Position numbers and translations under genes: made by a program
Shown: in pieces, positions 30,065-43,052 of the stretch
How the letters are laid out: every line of letters begins with the position of its first letter
How positions within the stretch are numbered: the stretch's first letter is position 1
From: a phage
DNA length: 64,000 nt
Strand: one strand, 5' to 3'
Assembly: GCA_019326865.1 (NCBI GenBank)
Contig: GCA_019326865.1_4101.1
Notes under the pieces: generated by a model
The model's database searches: none
What the model was told of the DNA's origin: nothing
What the model saw: only the letters and a program-made list of their open reading frames with translations

Positions 30065-30637
30065 ATGGCGGGTGTTGATAAAATTTGTGAATTCAGTTCA
30101 GATTATGAAGGGTACGAAATGTATAAGTCCAAGCGTAATCACATTCAAGTACTGTCAAAATACCGAAAACATTTTAGAGGGCACAAAGCAACCCTGTATA
30201 TTTTTGAAAACGGATTGAAAGAGGTATGGAAGTCGGGTGCGTTATCTGATGCAACGATGGAATGTGTAAATCCAAACCCAACTGAAGAGAACTGGAATAA
30301 CCACGAATATTTCCGTGTTGCCACACGTACACCTTGGGGTAAAAAGGAATGCTTTGGTGTATTCTTTGATAACATTAATGAATACAAAGCTGCATTAAAA
30401 CAATATCACCAGCGTTTACTAATGAATTATGATTACATTCTTCATGTACCAACTGTTCCAGGACAGGTTAATGGTATCTATACGAACAGTACGCATGATT
30501 TAACTGCGGTGAAACGTCGCCTCAAACGTATGTTGGGTAGTGGTAATTTAACAATCAAGGTTATGCGTAATGAATCAATGTATAACTTTTTAAATATCCT
30601 ACACTACACATTAAAGGATAATAATGGAAACGATTAA
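30065..30637 (+). CDS. hypothetical protein
   Basis: ORF 190 aa. Confidence 0.5.
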   Translation: MAGVDKICEFSSDYEGYEMYKSKRNHIQVLSKYRKHFRGHKATLYIFENGLKEVWKSGALSDATMECVNPNPTEENWNNHEYFRVATRTPWGKKECFGVFFDNINEYKAALKQYHQRLLMNYDYILHVPTVPGQVNGIYTNSTHDLTAVKRRLKRMLGSGNLTIKVMRNESMYNFLNILHYTLKDNNGND

Positions 30638-30821
30638 GTTTATTTTTGAGGTGTTTGTTGCATTCATCTTATGTATTGTATCTATTACTATTTCTTTAAT
30701 CCCAGTCATCGTGTACCAAATTAATGGCGGCACTGATCCAACAGTTGATATGTTTCTTCGTTGCTTTGGATTTTGTATATGGTTAGCGATGTTTATGTTC
30801 TATATGCATCGTGAGGAATAA
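30624..30821 (+). CDS. small membrane protein
   Basis: 65 aa; two hydrophobic helices. Confidence 0.45.
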   Translation: METIKFIFEVFVAFILCIVSITISLIPVIVYQINGGTDPTVDMFLRCFGFCIWLAMFMFYMHREE

Positions 30822-30823
30822 TT

Positions 30824-31654
30824 ATGTCATTGGAAAAAGTAATCATTTCTGAATTCCGAAAGTATATCATGGATTGTGATAGAGATGTGCAACGTAAATT
30901 CAATGAGTATCTTGACAAATATCCGTATTTGATGTTTAATCCGTTTGAAGTTGATAATGATTTATATCTTGGATTTTACATAGGATTTACTTACCGAATT
31001 CTACATAAAGATGAGATGAAACAATCTGAGATTTGGGTAGAAACTGACTCAGCCGAGTCTAATGTTTTTTATCTTTATACATATTATGCCGAAATTGTTA
31101 GAGATATGACACCTGACGGTTGTCTATTTGTACAGTCGTCTGATATTGAAAGAATATATGTAGAACCTGTATCTTTGGACATGGTTGCACAACTTCCAAC
31201 TATCCAACAGTTAGGTGCGGAAGAATTAACTTATTCTGTATTTGAATATTTAAATAGAGATGATTTGACTCAAGAAATTGATAAAATGGTTTCTAAATAT
31301 ACTTCATCCCTTATTTCGGATGGTAAACTCAGATTGGAATTAATTTTTGAAGATACGAGTATTAATCCAGTAAGAGGGGTTACAATTGGAAACGTTACCA
31401 TACGTGTTGTTTACGATAATGAAGTTCTAGGATATATCTCAAAACGTGGTCATGATTTATGTATAATTAGTACATTCGTTATTTCTCGTAAAAAATGGAA
31501 TGATTTAATGCAGAAAATTGTTGACGGTAGTAAAATTCGTGATATAATATGTAATGATATGGTAATAATGAATCCCGATATTGACTGTGATGTATATTTT
31601 CCAGTTCCTGGGTTTACACGAGAAAACTTTAGTAAATTGAAGGATACGAAATGA
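30824..31654 (+). CDS. hypothetical protein
   Basis: ORF 276 aa. Confidence 0.55.
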   Translation: MSLEKVIISEFRKYIMDCDRDVQRKFNEYLDKYPYLMFNPFEVDNDLYLGFYIGFTYRILHKDEMKQSEIWVETDSAESNVFYLYTYYAEIVRDMTPDGCLFVQSSDIERIYVEPVSLDMVAQLPTIQQLGAEELTYSVFEYLNRDDLTQEIDKMVSKYTSSLISDGKLRLELIFEDTSINPVRGVTIGNVTIRVVYDNEVLGYISKRGHDLCIISTFVISRKKWNDLMQKIVDGSKIRDIICNDMVIMNPDIDCDVYFPVPGFTRENFSKLKDTK

Positions 31655-31941
31655 AAATTTTAGAAGTCTTGCTAGAAAAAGATGCATCTGGCACACTTTA
31701 TGTTGGTAATGAGTTCAGTCCAGATCCAATTGATATGTTACAGAGAATCCAAATACTGACACAAAACATCTCGGTTAAAAAACCGTTTCAGAAAGAATTG
31801 GAAATCTTTTGCAATAAAGATATTGAACAGCATGATAATGTGATTGCTGATATTAAAAGTCTATTGACAAAAAATGGTTATGTAGAGTATAATCCTCCTA
31901 TTGTAATCGTTATTCCAGACTTCATGAAAGGAACAATCTAA
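31651..31941 (+). CDS. hypothetical protein
   Basis: ORF 96 aa, ATGA overlap. Confidence 0.5.
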   Translation: MKILEVLLEKDASGTLYVGNEFSPDPIDMLQRIQILTQNISVKKPFQKELEIFCNKDIEQHDNVIADIKSLLTKNGYVEYNPPIVIVIPDFMKGTI

Positions 31942-32210
31942 TGACTAAAGACGAAATGAAATCTCGCTTAAGAAAACTGAAGAACGAACGTAAACTAGTA
32001 CGTTTAGACTGGGATATCCTTAACAGAAAAGATGAGCAATCATATGCAAACTGGAGTTCAGATAAAGTACGCAATGAACGCACTAAAGAAGATACTAAAC
32101 AGTTTATGGCACTAAGCAAACGATTATCATCACTGAATAGTGAAATTACAGGTCTTCAGAAAGAAATCATTTCGATTCTTCAGGATGAGATTAAGTCACT
32201 ATATGAATAA
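31941..32210 (+). CDS. hypothetical protein
   Basis: ORF 89 aa. Confidence 0.5.
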   Translation: MTKDEMKSRLRKLKNERKLVRLDWDILNRKDEQSYANWSSDKVRNERTKEDTKQFMALSKRLSSLNSEITGLQKEIISILQDEIKSLYE

Positions 32211-32499
32211 ACATGAAGTGATTCATTTTGAAGATAAGATCTATGTACCAAATAGTGATAGTACTGAAACATATTACCTAATCAATAAGATCATGGCTGG
32301 AACAAATACTTGTTGTCGCCAACAGCCAGGAAAATATGAGTTCAGTCAGACTATTGGTTTTTACCGATGTGATATGTTAGAATCATTTACTATTGATAAG
32401 TCTAAAGTTATTGACATTCTTGTACAGAATGGATATAATGAAGAACGCGTAAATGATACAGATTTACCAGTTTCAAAAATTGTTCTTTCTAATAATTAA
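32203..32499 (+). CDS. hypothetical Cys-containing protein
   Basis: Start at ATG 32203 overlapping upstream stop; 98 aa. Confidence 0.45.
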   Translation: MNKHEVIHFEDKIYVPNSDSTETYYLINKIMAGTNTCCRQQPGKYEFSQTIGFYRCDMLESFTIDKSKVIDILVQNGYNEERVNDTDLPVSKIVLSNN

Positions 32500-32520
32500 A
32501 CATTGGACAAGAACAAATAT

Positions 32521-32531
32521 TGTGATATAAT
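32521..32531 (+). promoter_or_regulatory. extended -10 promoter element TGTGATATAAT
   Basis: Identical to elements at 7578 and 37068; followed by GTTTGTT. Confidence 0.4.
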
Positions 32532-32566
32532 GTTTGTTATCGGCAGATATTAAAATGCAAACCATT

Positions 32567-32588
32567 CCTCAATGATGAGGGTTTTTTC
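32567..32588 (+). terminator. small hairpin plus T-run about 40 nt downstream of promoter element
   Basis: CCTCA atga TGAGG followed by GTTTTTTC. Confidence 0.35.
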
Positions 32589-32616
32589 ATAAAAAAGAAA
32601 TAAAAAGGGTATTAAA

Positions 32617-32826
32617 ATGGCTAAAGAAATTACCGCACAAGTACTAGATATCACCGACTTTGATCGCACTGTGAACTACATTCAATTCCAGATTCATCAA
32701 GCAGAAGAAGCTCTAGCAGTATTCCACGGTACTGGTGCAAGGCCAATCCGTTTTGCTCACTTAATTGCATGGAAGAAAAGTCTTCAAGAAGAGCTATCTG
32801 AACTGCGTAAAGCAAATCGTAAGTAA
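32617..32826 (+). CDS. hypothetical small protein
   Basis: ORF 69 aa. Confidence 0.45.
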   Translation: MAKEITAQVLDITDFDRTVNYIQFQIHQAEEALAVFHGTGARPIRFAHLIAWKKSLQEELSELRKANRK

Positions 32827-32837
32827 TTTATCTTATC

Positions 32838-32867
32838 GCCTCATCATTTTTTGATGGGGCATTTTAA
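32838..32867 (+). terminator. putative terminator
   Basis: GCCTCATCA tttttt TGATGGGGC hairpin. Confidence 0.45.
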
Positions 32868-32892
32868 TCATATAAAGTAAGAGGATTTATAA

Positions 32893-33399
32893 ATGAGTGT
32901 TGAATATTGGTTTTTGTTTGTGTGTATTGGTACACTTGTATTAATCACAATTGGATTGATTTTCAATACCATGATTAGTGGAAGTAAGTACTTTAAGACA
33001 TTTCAACTTTTAATGTCTGCCATGCCATATAGTTCTGATGCAGAAAAAACAATTTCTCTAATTTTAGATAAGTTCGATGCAAATCTTTTAGTTGCTAAAA
33101 TTTCAGCATGTGATACAAATATTTCATTCTACTCTGTAGACACTGAACTAGATGGAATTGATACACAATACAAAAATCCAGCAGTTGCTGAAATTTTCAT
33201 TGGTTCAAAATATTATGCTTATGGTTATGTAAGAAAATATTATTCAGAAGCAAAAGCTGAGTTGACGAAGAAGCGACCATCAATAAAAACGTTAAAACGC
33301 ATCATTGCGTTGGAAGAATCACTTCGTGGTCAAACAAGCGTTAATGAGCCACCATCAGTGATCAAATCCAAAAAAAGTAATGTTGTGGAGTTGGAGTAA
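32893..33399 (+). CDS. membrane-anchored protein
   Basis: 168 aa; N-terminal TM helix. Confidence 0.5.
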   Translation: MSVEYWFLFVCIGTLVLITIGLIFNTMISGSKYFKTFQLLMSAMPYSSDAEKTISLILDKFDANLLVAKISACDTNISFYSVDTELDGIDTQYKNPAVAEIFIGSKYYAYGYVRKYYSEAKAELTKKRPSIKTLKRIIALEESLRGQTSVNEPPSVIKSKKSNVVELE

Positions 33400-33689
33400 T
33401 GGAACCAGAAAAGTCAAGAAAAATTCTTATTGATGTTCAAACTAAATTATTAGATATTATGGAAATTATCAATGAGCTACCACAGGGTTATAAGTACAAA
33501 GTTCGTGAGATGTTATCTTGTGCCGAAACCGTTGTTTCTATGTACGATGATATTCAACATGGTATTATCCCTGATATTCTCAAAGATGACGTAAATATTA
33601 ACACTGAGGTTAAAGAAACTAAATTAGAATCAGAAACAGTATCTAATAAAAAAATTCTTGACCTTAGTGGTATAAAAATTAATATCTAA
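33399..33689 (+). CDS. hypothetical protein
   Basis: ORF 96 aa. Confidence 0.45.
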   Translation: MEPEKSRKILIDVQTKLLDIMEIINELPQGYKYKVREMLSCAETVVSMYDDIQHGIIPDILKDDVNINTEVKETKLESETVSNKKILDLSGIKINI

Positions 33690-33711
33690 AAAACATCCAA
33701 TAGGAGAAGTA

Positions 33712-33861
33712 ATGAATAATCAAAAAATCGACTTAGTAGTAAAACTTCAAGAGATTCAAGCACTGGCTAAAGAACTTGATAACACACGTGCATCAGTAGT
33801 TGATTCACTATGTGCAACAATCCTGACTGTTTTTACAGATTACGAAAAGAAATCTGATTAA
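33712..33861 (+). CDS. hypothetical small protein (49 aa)
   Basis: ATG preceded by AGGAG; below ORF-track size cutoff. Confidence 0.35.
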   Translation: MNNQKIDLVVKLQEIQALAKELDNTRASVVDSLCATILTVFTDYEKKSD

Positions 33862-33873
33862 ACGTTACTTTGT

Positions 33874-33904
33874 AAATACCCAGTTCTTGACTGGGTATTT
33901 TTTT
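33874..33904 (+). terminator. rho-independent terminator
   Basis: AAATACCCAGT tcttg ACTGGGTATTT followed by TTTT. Confidence 0.65.
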
Positions 33905-33915
33905 AAGGAAATAAA

Positions 33916-34308
33916 ATGACTGAATCTGAACTACATGAAATAATAGATTTCATTTATGAAATGGTACAAGATAAAAATAACATCAATACAATTGCATCAG
34001 GCCCAAGACAAATTGGTAACCAAATAACATATTCTTTGTCCTTATGGTTACACCCGTGCATCAAGGTTGATTGTTTGTATTTCCGTCCTGATATTAATGC
34101 ATATTATTTTGTAAATCATGATGCATTAATGAAACCACATAATCGTCCTGTTGATGATAACTTTGTGACGCACCCATTTTACCTGGCTGATTCTGAAGAA
34201 GATGAGTTTCAAAAGAACACAACGTTAAGCCCAGGTGAAATTTGCATCCCTTATGAACTAAAAGATAAAATGATTTACATCACAGAAGTTATGAAAACAT
34301 GCTGGTAA
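33916..34308 (+). CDS. hypothetical protein
   Basis: ORF 130 aa. Confidence 0.5.
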   Translation: MTESELHEIIDFIYEMVQDKNNINTIASGPRQIGNQITYSLSLWLHPCIKVDCLYFRPDINAYYFVNHDALMKPHNRPVDDNFVTHPFYLADSEEDEFQKNTTLSPGEICIPYELKDKMIYITEVMKTCW

Positions 34309-34355
34309 GTGCAATGAAACTCTGATATAATACTATGACTTACTAAGGAGAACAT

Positions 34356-34925
34356 ATGAACTTTATTAAATTCAACTCATCTGAGTTAGAAGCATACTTT
34401 AATACAAATAATAAATTTAATATTATTCTTAAAGACGGAACGGTTGTTATCGGAGTATCATTGCTTTCATTTGATGGCGAAAAACTCAAAACTGTTTATA
34501 AATTCACCAATCTTGATGGTGATTACTGGGATACGTCAGATGTATCTAAAATTTGCACACATTATGTATTTGAATCTATTGAAGTTGGTGATGGCTGGGC
34601 ATTGACCTGTAATGGTAATAAAGTATTTTCTGGTAACATATTTGGGGTAATTTCCAGTAAAGAAATCGTAGACCATCATCTTCATGTTCTCAATAATAAC
34701 GCCAACACTTATACACCTGATAATATCAAAATTCACGATATTGTAACATATACTGATTATAATGGTTTCAGACATAAAGCAATTGTAACTGAAGTTAAAA
34801 AACCAAAAAATTATTTCGACCACGGTTTAATTGAAGTATATATGGTAGGTGGCGAAAAACAATACTTTGATCATTTCACTTATACTGGTTGGGATAGATT
34901 CCTAACCGTTGTTGAGGAATACTAA
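34356..34925 (+). CDS. hypothetical protein
   Basis: ORF 189 aa. Confidence 0.5.
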   Translation: MNFIKFNSSELEAYFNTNNKFNIILKDGTVVIGVSLLSFDGEKLKTVYKFTNLDGDYWDTSDVSKICTHYVFESIEVGDGWALTCNGNKVFSGNIFGVISSKEIVDHHLHVLNNNANTYTPDNIKIHDIVTYTDYNGFRHKAIVTEVKKPKNYFDHGLIEVYMVGGEKQYFDHFTYTGWDRFLTVVEEY

Positions 34926-34926
34926 C

Positions 34927-35415
34927 ATGCCGATTCGTGGTGTCCCAGAACAATTAAGAGACGTATTAAAGCATATTGAAATTGGGACAAGAGAAGTGAA
35001 TTTTCGCCGCCATAACATATATTATTTGAAAATTTCTGAAATGAGTTCTATACAAATTATCATTGGTACATCCATTAAGATCGTCCGAGTACTTGATGGT
35101 AGTACTGATTTTGTTGAATATAATGTACTTACTAACAAAGTAATACACACATATAAATGGAGTGGGTATAAAACTATTAAGTATGAGTTTGATGTTGCTA
35201 GAACTGAAGAAGAACGATTTATGTTAAGTACTATCAATCCAGCAAACTACCCTGAACTTGATACATTTTTGCTAATTTTAAAACTGTATAATGAAGCAAA
35301 TGGGAAAGCTAAGGAGTATGATAGAATTATGTATGAACGTAAAAAAGAACGTGCTAAGAAAAGTTATGATCTTTATGATAGCCCATATGTAAAATATAAT
35401 AAGGGGAGAAAATGA
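34927..35415 (+). CDS. EExFFQ-motif family protein (divergent)
   Basis: Start ATG 34927 after GAGGAA; TEEERFMLSTINP. Confidence 0.5.
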   Translation: MPIRGVPEQLRDVLKHIEIGTREVNFRRHNIYYLKISEMSSIQIIIGTSIKIVRVLDGSTDFVEYNVLTNKVIHTYKWSGYKTIKYEFDVARTEEERFMLSTINPANYPELDTFLLILKLYNEANGKAKEYDRIMYERKKERAKKSYDLYDSPYVKYNKGRK

Positions 35416-35816
35416 ATAACGAAGTTCAAATTATCATAACTCCACCTATACAAAGTCTTGATGTATCTATTAGTGATTTTTTAGAAAAATATTATGAATG
35501 GTTTAATAATGATTCTACCATTTATGAACATTCATTACCAGATGGTTACGTTGAGCTTATAGAATTAAATTCAAAAACACTATACTTCTGTGTTGAATAC
35601 AATGATTATATGACAGATGAAGCATATCGCTTTCGTTGTACATTGTATCCGAATTATTTTTCAATAGGTTATAAAGACTACCAGTACTGCACCACTAACT
35701 ATAGTGTAGAGGAAGAATTTCAGTACAATTTACTTTATCCAGATTTAGATTATACTATTGCAGTACTGTTATCTAAAATTATGGATTTTTATAAAGGTAA
35801 ATACAGTGCAGCCTAA
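35412..35816 (+). CDS. EExFFQ-motif family protein (divergent)
   Basis: 134 aa; VEEEFQYNLLYPD. Confidence 0.45.
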   Translation: MNNEVQIIITPPIQSLDVSISDFLEKYYEWFNNDSTIYEHSLPDGYVELIELNSKTLYFCVEYNDYMTDEAYRFRCTLYPNYFSIGYKDYQYCTTNYSVEEEFQYNLLYPDLDYTIAVLLSKIMDFYKGKYSAA

Positions 35817-35987
35817 AACATTTGACGAATGGTATCAAATGCATTACAATATAAATGCAGGTGATGTATACTTCTTTAAGTTGGAGTTGTTTTTATTGTT
35901 AAATGAACCCGAATCGTACTATAACAATATCATTCACTGTGATGATTTTAGTACATATTTTAGTATAGCCGTTATGGATATTAAGAG

Positions 35988-36507
<520 letters not shown>

Positions 36508-36508
36508 A

Positions 36509-36688
36509 ATGACACACAAAGAATGGATGTCCAAACAACATAAAGAACATGATTTCTTTGGGAATGGTATTCGTCAGGTACACTATGACATCTTAAGAGA
36601 TGAAAATCTTTTCAGGTCATATGTTTTGGATACCAGAAAACCCTGGTTTATATGCGAACTGGCATTTAGAAAAACAATCAAACAATGA
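36509..36688 (+). CDS. MTH-EW mini-protein family member (59 aa)
   Basis: MTHKEWMSKQHKEHDFF..HYDILRDE.. parallels 35988 copy. Confidence 0.5.
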   Translation: MTHKEWMSKQHKEHDFFGNGIRQVHYDILRDENLFRSYVLDTRKPWFICELAFRKTIKQ

Positions 36689-36758
36689 ATATAGAAAATT
36701 GCGTTAGTGTATCTAAAGCACTTGCATAAATGATTAATTCATTATATAATGATTATCA

Positions 36759-37055
36759 TTGGTTCTAAATGAGGATAATATTATGCATTTTGAAAAATTC
36801 AACACAAGTCGTGACACACGCATTGATGTTCTTTATGAAACACAAGACTCAATTAGTATTCGTACACGTAGTGGTGATGTATATCATGACTGCACTATTG
36901 GTTGGAAACAGGGAAGAACACGTAGTGCAGAATTCGATAATTATCGCTTCTTCCAAGATGACACCACAATCTGGCCTGAAGATGTAGAAGATATTGCAAT
37001 CGAAGATGAACATAAAGATGAATTTATCAAATTTAATCCCCAAACCGAATCATAA
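36759..37055 (+). CDS. hypothetical protein
   Basis: ORF 98 aa. Confidence 0.45.
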   Translation: MVLNEDNIMHFEKFNTSRDTRIDVLYETQDSISIRTRSGDVYHDCTIGWKQGRTRSAEFDNYRFFQDDTTIWPEDVEDIAIEDEHKDEFIKFNPQTES

Positions 37056-37067
37056 ATAATGGGACAG

Positions 37068-37078
37068 CACAAAAAGAT
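37068..37078 (+). promoter_or_regulatory. extended -10 promoter element TGTGATATAAT immediately upstream of tRNA-Arg
   Basis: TGn-TATAAT about 20 nt upstream of tRNA 5' end. Confidence 0.4.
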
Positions 37079-37098
37079 GTGATATAATTATTAGTACT

Positions 37099-37170
37099 GA
37101 GGGGCTAGTTTAACGGATAAAACAGATTCCTTCTAAGAATCCAATCGGAGTTCGATTCTCCGGCCCTTTA
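37099..37170 (+). tRNA. tRNA-Arg (anticodon UCU)
   Basis: Cloverleaf: D stem GTTT/AAAC, anticodon stem GATTC/GAATC loop CTTCTAA, T arm CGGAG-TTCGATT-CTCCG. Confidence 0.7.
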
Positions 37171-37184
37171 TAAAATATAATATT

Positions 37185-37727
<543 letters not shown>

Positions 37728-37761
37728 TACAATTATATTCCATTAATTAAAAGGGAAAACC

Positions 37762-37926
37762 ATGACCCATGAAGAATGGTTAAGTGAACTAAAGTTCAGA
37801 TACTCCGGCATAGGTAATTGGCGAAAATATCATTGGGAGATTATATCAGACCCAGCAGAATACGATAAACTTATAAATCATGAAGTGTATCCGTGGTTCT
37901 TTATTGAAATAATGGTACGAATATGA
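37762..37926 (+). CDS. MTH-EW mini-protein family member (54 aa)
   Basis: MTHEEWLSELKFRYSGIGNW.KYHWE; tandem array member. Confidence 0.5.
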   Translation: MTHEEWLSELKFRYSGIGNWRKYHWEIISDPAEYDKLINHEVYPWFFIEIMVRI

Positions 37927-38083
37927 CGCATGAAGAATGGATGAATGATATTAATTTTAGATATGCAGGTATTGGTAAATGGCTAAAGTATCATTGGGAA
38001 TTCATTTCAAAGTTGCATCTGTATGATAAACTTATCAACGACCCAGAATATAAAAAGTACTTAATTGAACTAATGGTAAGAAT

Positions 38084-38087
<4 letters not shown>
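37923..38087 (+). CDS. MTH-EW mini-protein family member (54 aa)
   Basis: MTHEEWMNDINFRYAGIGKWLKYHWE; ATGA-coupled. Confidence 0.5.
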
Positions 38088-38248
<161 letters not shown>

Positions 38249-38261
38249 TTAAAAAAAAAGC

Positions 38262-38699
<438 letters not shown>

Positions 38700-38708
38700 G
38701 TATTCAAT

Positions 38709-38782
<74 letters not shown>

Positions 38783-38840
38783 AAATTTAATAGGAGATGA
38801 TATGTTTAACGATGAACATCCAGATTTCTAAAAAAAGTTC

Positions 38841-38869
38841 TTGACCAAATAATTCAGAACTGATATCAT
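38841..38869 (+). promoter_or_regulatory. sigma70-like promoter variant (TTGACC-17-TATCAT)
   Basis: Conserved promoter repeat with substitutions. Confidence 0.45.
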
Positions 38870-38901
38870 GTTTGTATATCAACAACAGAGGGTATATCGA
38901 A

Positions 38902-39141
38902 ATGGGTAAATATTTTGTGAGTTATAGTTATAATGTATCACGAAAAATTCCACGTGGTGACGGAATGGGATGGTCTTATGATGCATATACTTTAAATGAG
39001 TCATGTATCATCGAATTAAAAGAAAAAGACCTTGACATTCTAAAAATCAAACAATATATTCTTGATGTTGAATTGGCACATCGTACTGATATCTATCCAG
39101 ATGTAAATAACATCAGCATCTTAGTACTAACCAAAGTATAA
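38902..39141 (+). CDS. hypothetical small protein
   Basis: Start moved to ATG 38902 downstream of predicted transcription start; 79 aa. Confidence 0.45.
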   Translation: MGKYFVSYSYNVSRKIPRGDGMGWSYDAYTLNESCIIELKEKDLDILKIKQYILDVELAHRTDIYPDVNNISILVLTKV

Positions 39142-39152
39142 GATAAAAGCAC

Positions 39153-39443
<291 letters not shown>

Positions 39444-39444
39444 T

Positions 39445-39537
<93 letters not shown>

Positions 39538-39554
39538 TTCACATGATATAGGGA

Positions 39555-39816
<262 letters not shown>

Positions 39817-39824
39817 GAATTTAA

Positions 39825-40226
39825 ATGAAAAAGAATGACTTGATCAAAATGCTTCAAGAAATTGACGGCAATCCAGAGATTGTTATTTGGAATGGATACG
39901 TCGATGATTATATGAACATCGAAAAAGGCTTGACTAAAATCACTCTAGTCAAAGAAACCGAACAGTTTCTTCAGGGTGCATTAGAGCACGAATGGTGTGA
40001 ACGTAACAATACATTCGACATTCCAGAAGACCAACGAACCAAGATTGCAGAACGTGCTAAAGAACTGCATAAGAAACGCGAATACGATTTCCAGAACCCA
40101 TATGTCACTGAAGACGAATTCAATCGCTGGTACGGTAAAAAGAAATTGACAAAGTATGTCCTTTCACCTAAACTACGTGGTAAGACTTCACTTGGTGTAT
40201 TCAACGCCGCAGACTTAAACTACTAG
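39825..40226 (+). CDS. hypothetical protein
   Basis: ORF 133 aa. Confidence 0.5.
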   Translation: MKKNDLIKMLQEIDGNPEIVIWNGYVDDYMNIEKGLTKITLVKETEQFLQGALEHEWCERNNTFDIPEDQRTKIAERAKELHKKREYDFQNPYVTEDEFNRWYGKKKLTKYVLSPKLRGKTSLGVFNAADLNY

Positions 40227-40238
40227 CGGGTATTATAA

Positions 40239-40503
<265 letters not shown>

Positions 40504-40547
40504 GATTCCCGATTCAGTAGTTTTAAAGCTGACCCGTATGTGCCTAT

Positions 40548-40589
<42 letters not shown>

Positions 40590-40590
40590 G

Positions 40591-40647
<57 letters not shown>

Positions 40648-40649
40648 TT

Positions 40650-40730
<81 letters not shown>

Positions 40731-40731
40731 G

Positions 40732-40782
<51 letters not shown>

Positions 40783-40799
40783 TACAACCGACAATGACT

Positions 40800-40874
<75 letters not shown>

Positions 40875-40926
40875 TGCCAAACAGCTTGAAGTACTTTGTA
40901 GTGCTGCACCTATGCCGACACTTGGC

Positions 40927-41027
<101 letters not shown>

Positions 41028-41039
41028 TATCTTACTTCT

Positions 41040-41129
<90 letters not shown>

Positions 41130-41135
41130 TACACT

Positions 41136-41561
41136 ATGACATACAACATTGTTAAAATGGTGAACTATGTATTAAAAAACAACGCATGGTCACTGCATGA
41201 TGTACAATTAGAAGATATTGGTGAAGTTAGAGTATTTTGCTATGATCCAGATTTGAATCAAACCACAGATTTGAGTAAATGTTTTAATATTTTTCTTGGT
41301 TATGAATTCAATAATCATTTTTATTCATTTGATGTGTATTTTGAAAAAGTTATATTCAGAAGTTATAAATGTGATAATGAAGATTATGATTATGATGATG
41401 AATCAATTGAATTGAATGTTAACGATATTGATACTGAAGAAAAATTCTTCCAGTACTGCCTCCTTAACGACACATTAGGATTAACATTTGAGGACATTAA
41501 AGCTATACTTAAAGTTCAAACGTTGATTCCAGAAGAGGTTCTAAATCCATTAAATGACTAG
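41136..41561 (+). CDS. EExFFQ-motif family protein
   Basis: 141 aa; TEEKFFQYCLLNDTLGLTFEDI. Confidence 0.55.
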   Translation: MTYNIVKMVNYVLKNNAWSLHDVQLEDIGEVRVFCYDPDLNQTTDLSKCFNIFLGYEFNNHFYSFDVYFEKVIFRSYKCDNEDYDYDDESIELNVNDIDTEEKFFQYCLLNDTLGLTFEDIKAILKVQTLIPEEVLNPLND

Positions 41562-41919
41562 TCTAATAGTACGTATAATGCAAGATGTTTGTAATAACCT
41601 TTATACAGGCAATTTTGACGATCCGAACATAAAAATATTATGTTATGATGGTTTTACAATGGTACATCCATCCTATTCAAATAATATCTACGTAGCATAT
41701 ACAGGTGAAAATCTATTATATCAATTTGATATATATAGTACAATGACAAAGATAATTTTGGATGCATCTAAACCAGCAATCTTTATTGCTTCTCATGATT
41801 ACAATTACACTGAAGAATCACTATTTCAGTACTCAATGATTAATGACATTGGTGGGTTGACATTGGATGAGGTTAATGCTATACTAGCTGTCTCACGTTT
41901 GGTTAAAACCCACAATTAG
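41554..41919 (+). CDS. EExFFQ-motif family protein
   Basis: 121 aa; TEESLFQYSMINDIGGLTLDEV. Confidence 0.55.
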   Translation: MTSLIVRIMQDVCNNLYTGNFDDPNIKILCYDGFTMVHPSYSNNIYVAYTGENLLYQFDIYSTMTKIILDASKPAIFIASHDYNYTEESLFQYSMINDIGGLTLDEVNAILAVSRLVKTHN

Positions 41920-41928
41920 GAGATTCAT

Positions 41929-42120
41929 ATGTTCTGGAATTTATTATGCTTGTTTGGTCGTACATTGGTTCTTGCTATTATTCATACACCTGGTATTCGT
42001 AATTATGTTTCTTATGAATTTAAGAAAAATTATCACAACAATACTGAAGTTCGTACAACTAAGATGTGCAAAGACTTCAATGTAGATGTTCCACCATTCA
42101 AGAAGTACGAGGATGAATAA
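41929..42120 (+). CDS. hypothetical small protein
   Basis: ORF 63 aa. Confidence 0.4.
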   Translation: MFWNLLCLFGRTLVLAIIHTPGIRNYVSYEFKKNYHNNTEVRTTKMCKDFNVDVPPFKKYEDE

Positions 42121-42404
42121 TGGAATTCATTGTTGCACCTGATGAACTAAAAACATTCACGTTCCGAGACAATAACAATTATCCTTATACAAATCATTCA
42201 TTGAGTTCATTACATGTTATTTCAATCATTGCATCTGAATACAGGGATAATCCATGTATTGATTTTAAAACCACTGATGGCGAATATACATGGGTGATCC
42301 CAAAAGATAAATATAGTTATCAAGGGGCAGTAGAAATTCGTGACTCGATTCTAAAACAAATCGAAGATGGAAATACTCATCCTAAACTAAACACTCAGTA
42401 CTGA
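42120..42404 (+). CDS. hypothetical protein
   Basis: ORF 94 aa. Confidence 0.45.
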   Translation: MEFIVAPDELKTFTFRDNNNYPYTNHSLSSLHVISIIASEYRDNPCIDFKTTDGEYTWVIPKDKYSYQGAVEIRDSILKQIEDGNTHPKLNTQY

Positions 42405-42589
42405 AAATTTACCCTCTGATAGCTTTCAATCAGTACTGATTTTCTCCTTATGTATAGAAGCTATCACAATTACAATGATATTATTATCAATTCATTATAT
42501 TCTTTACCCTCCTAATAGTATCTAATATAAATTTATATAGATACTGTGATTTAGAAGTTGCATTTTAACTTCTTTCCTGTTATACTTAA

Positions 42590-42618
42590 GGCTGATTCGA
42601 TGAATCGGCCTTTTTTTC
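42590..42618 (+). terminator. rho-independent terminator
   Basis: GGCTGATTC gatg AATCGGCC followed by T7. Confidence 0.6.
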
Positions 42619-42635
42619 TTATATAGGGGAATATA

Positions 42636-43052
42636 ATGAATGATTTGTTTACTTTAATGGATAAGTATGTTGACATTGTATACCATCAAGTTTGTAATAA
42701 TACGTTTGAAACAAAAAACTCAATCAGAGATGGTAATTTTGTTGTTATAGTTGGATCATTTTTGAATGGATACACCGAGACATTATACAATAGTAATAAT
42801 ATTTTTATTTCAGTTCAGTCCAGACATACATCAGACTATTCTGTTAGCATTGATATTTGGGAAAATAATATAGAAATAGATATAACTGAATCTACTAATA
42901 TTTGTGTTGATGATTCATTTAATCAATTAACGGAAGAAATGTATTTGCAGTTGAATTTTTTATATAATCTTACCAATATCAGTTATGATACGTTAAGGAA
43001 AATATGTTTTCTTAGTGGGATGATACGTAATAATATGAATAAGGATGATTAG
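42636..43052 (+). CDS. EExFFQ-motif family protein (divergent)
   Basis: 138 aa; LTEEMYLQLNFLYNLTNISYDTL. Confidence 0.45.
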   Translation: MNDLFTLMDKYVDIVYHQVCNNTFETKNSIRDGNFVVIVGSFLNGYTETLYNSNNIFISVQSRHTSDYSVSIDIWENNIEIDITESTNICVDDSFNQLTEEMYLQLNFLYNLTNISYDTLRKICFLSGMIRNNMNKDD

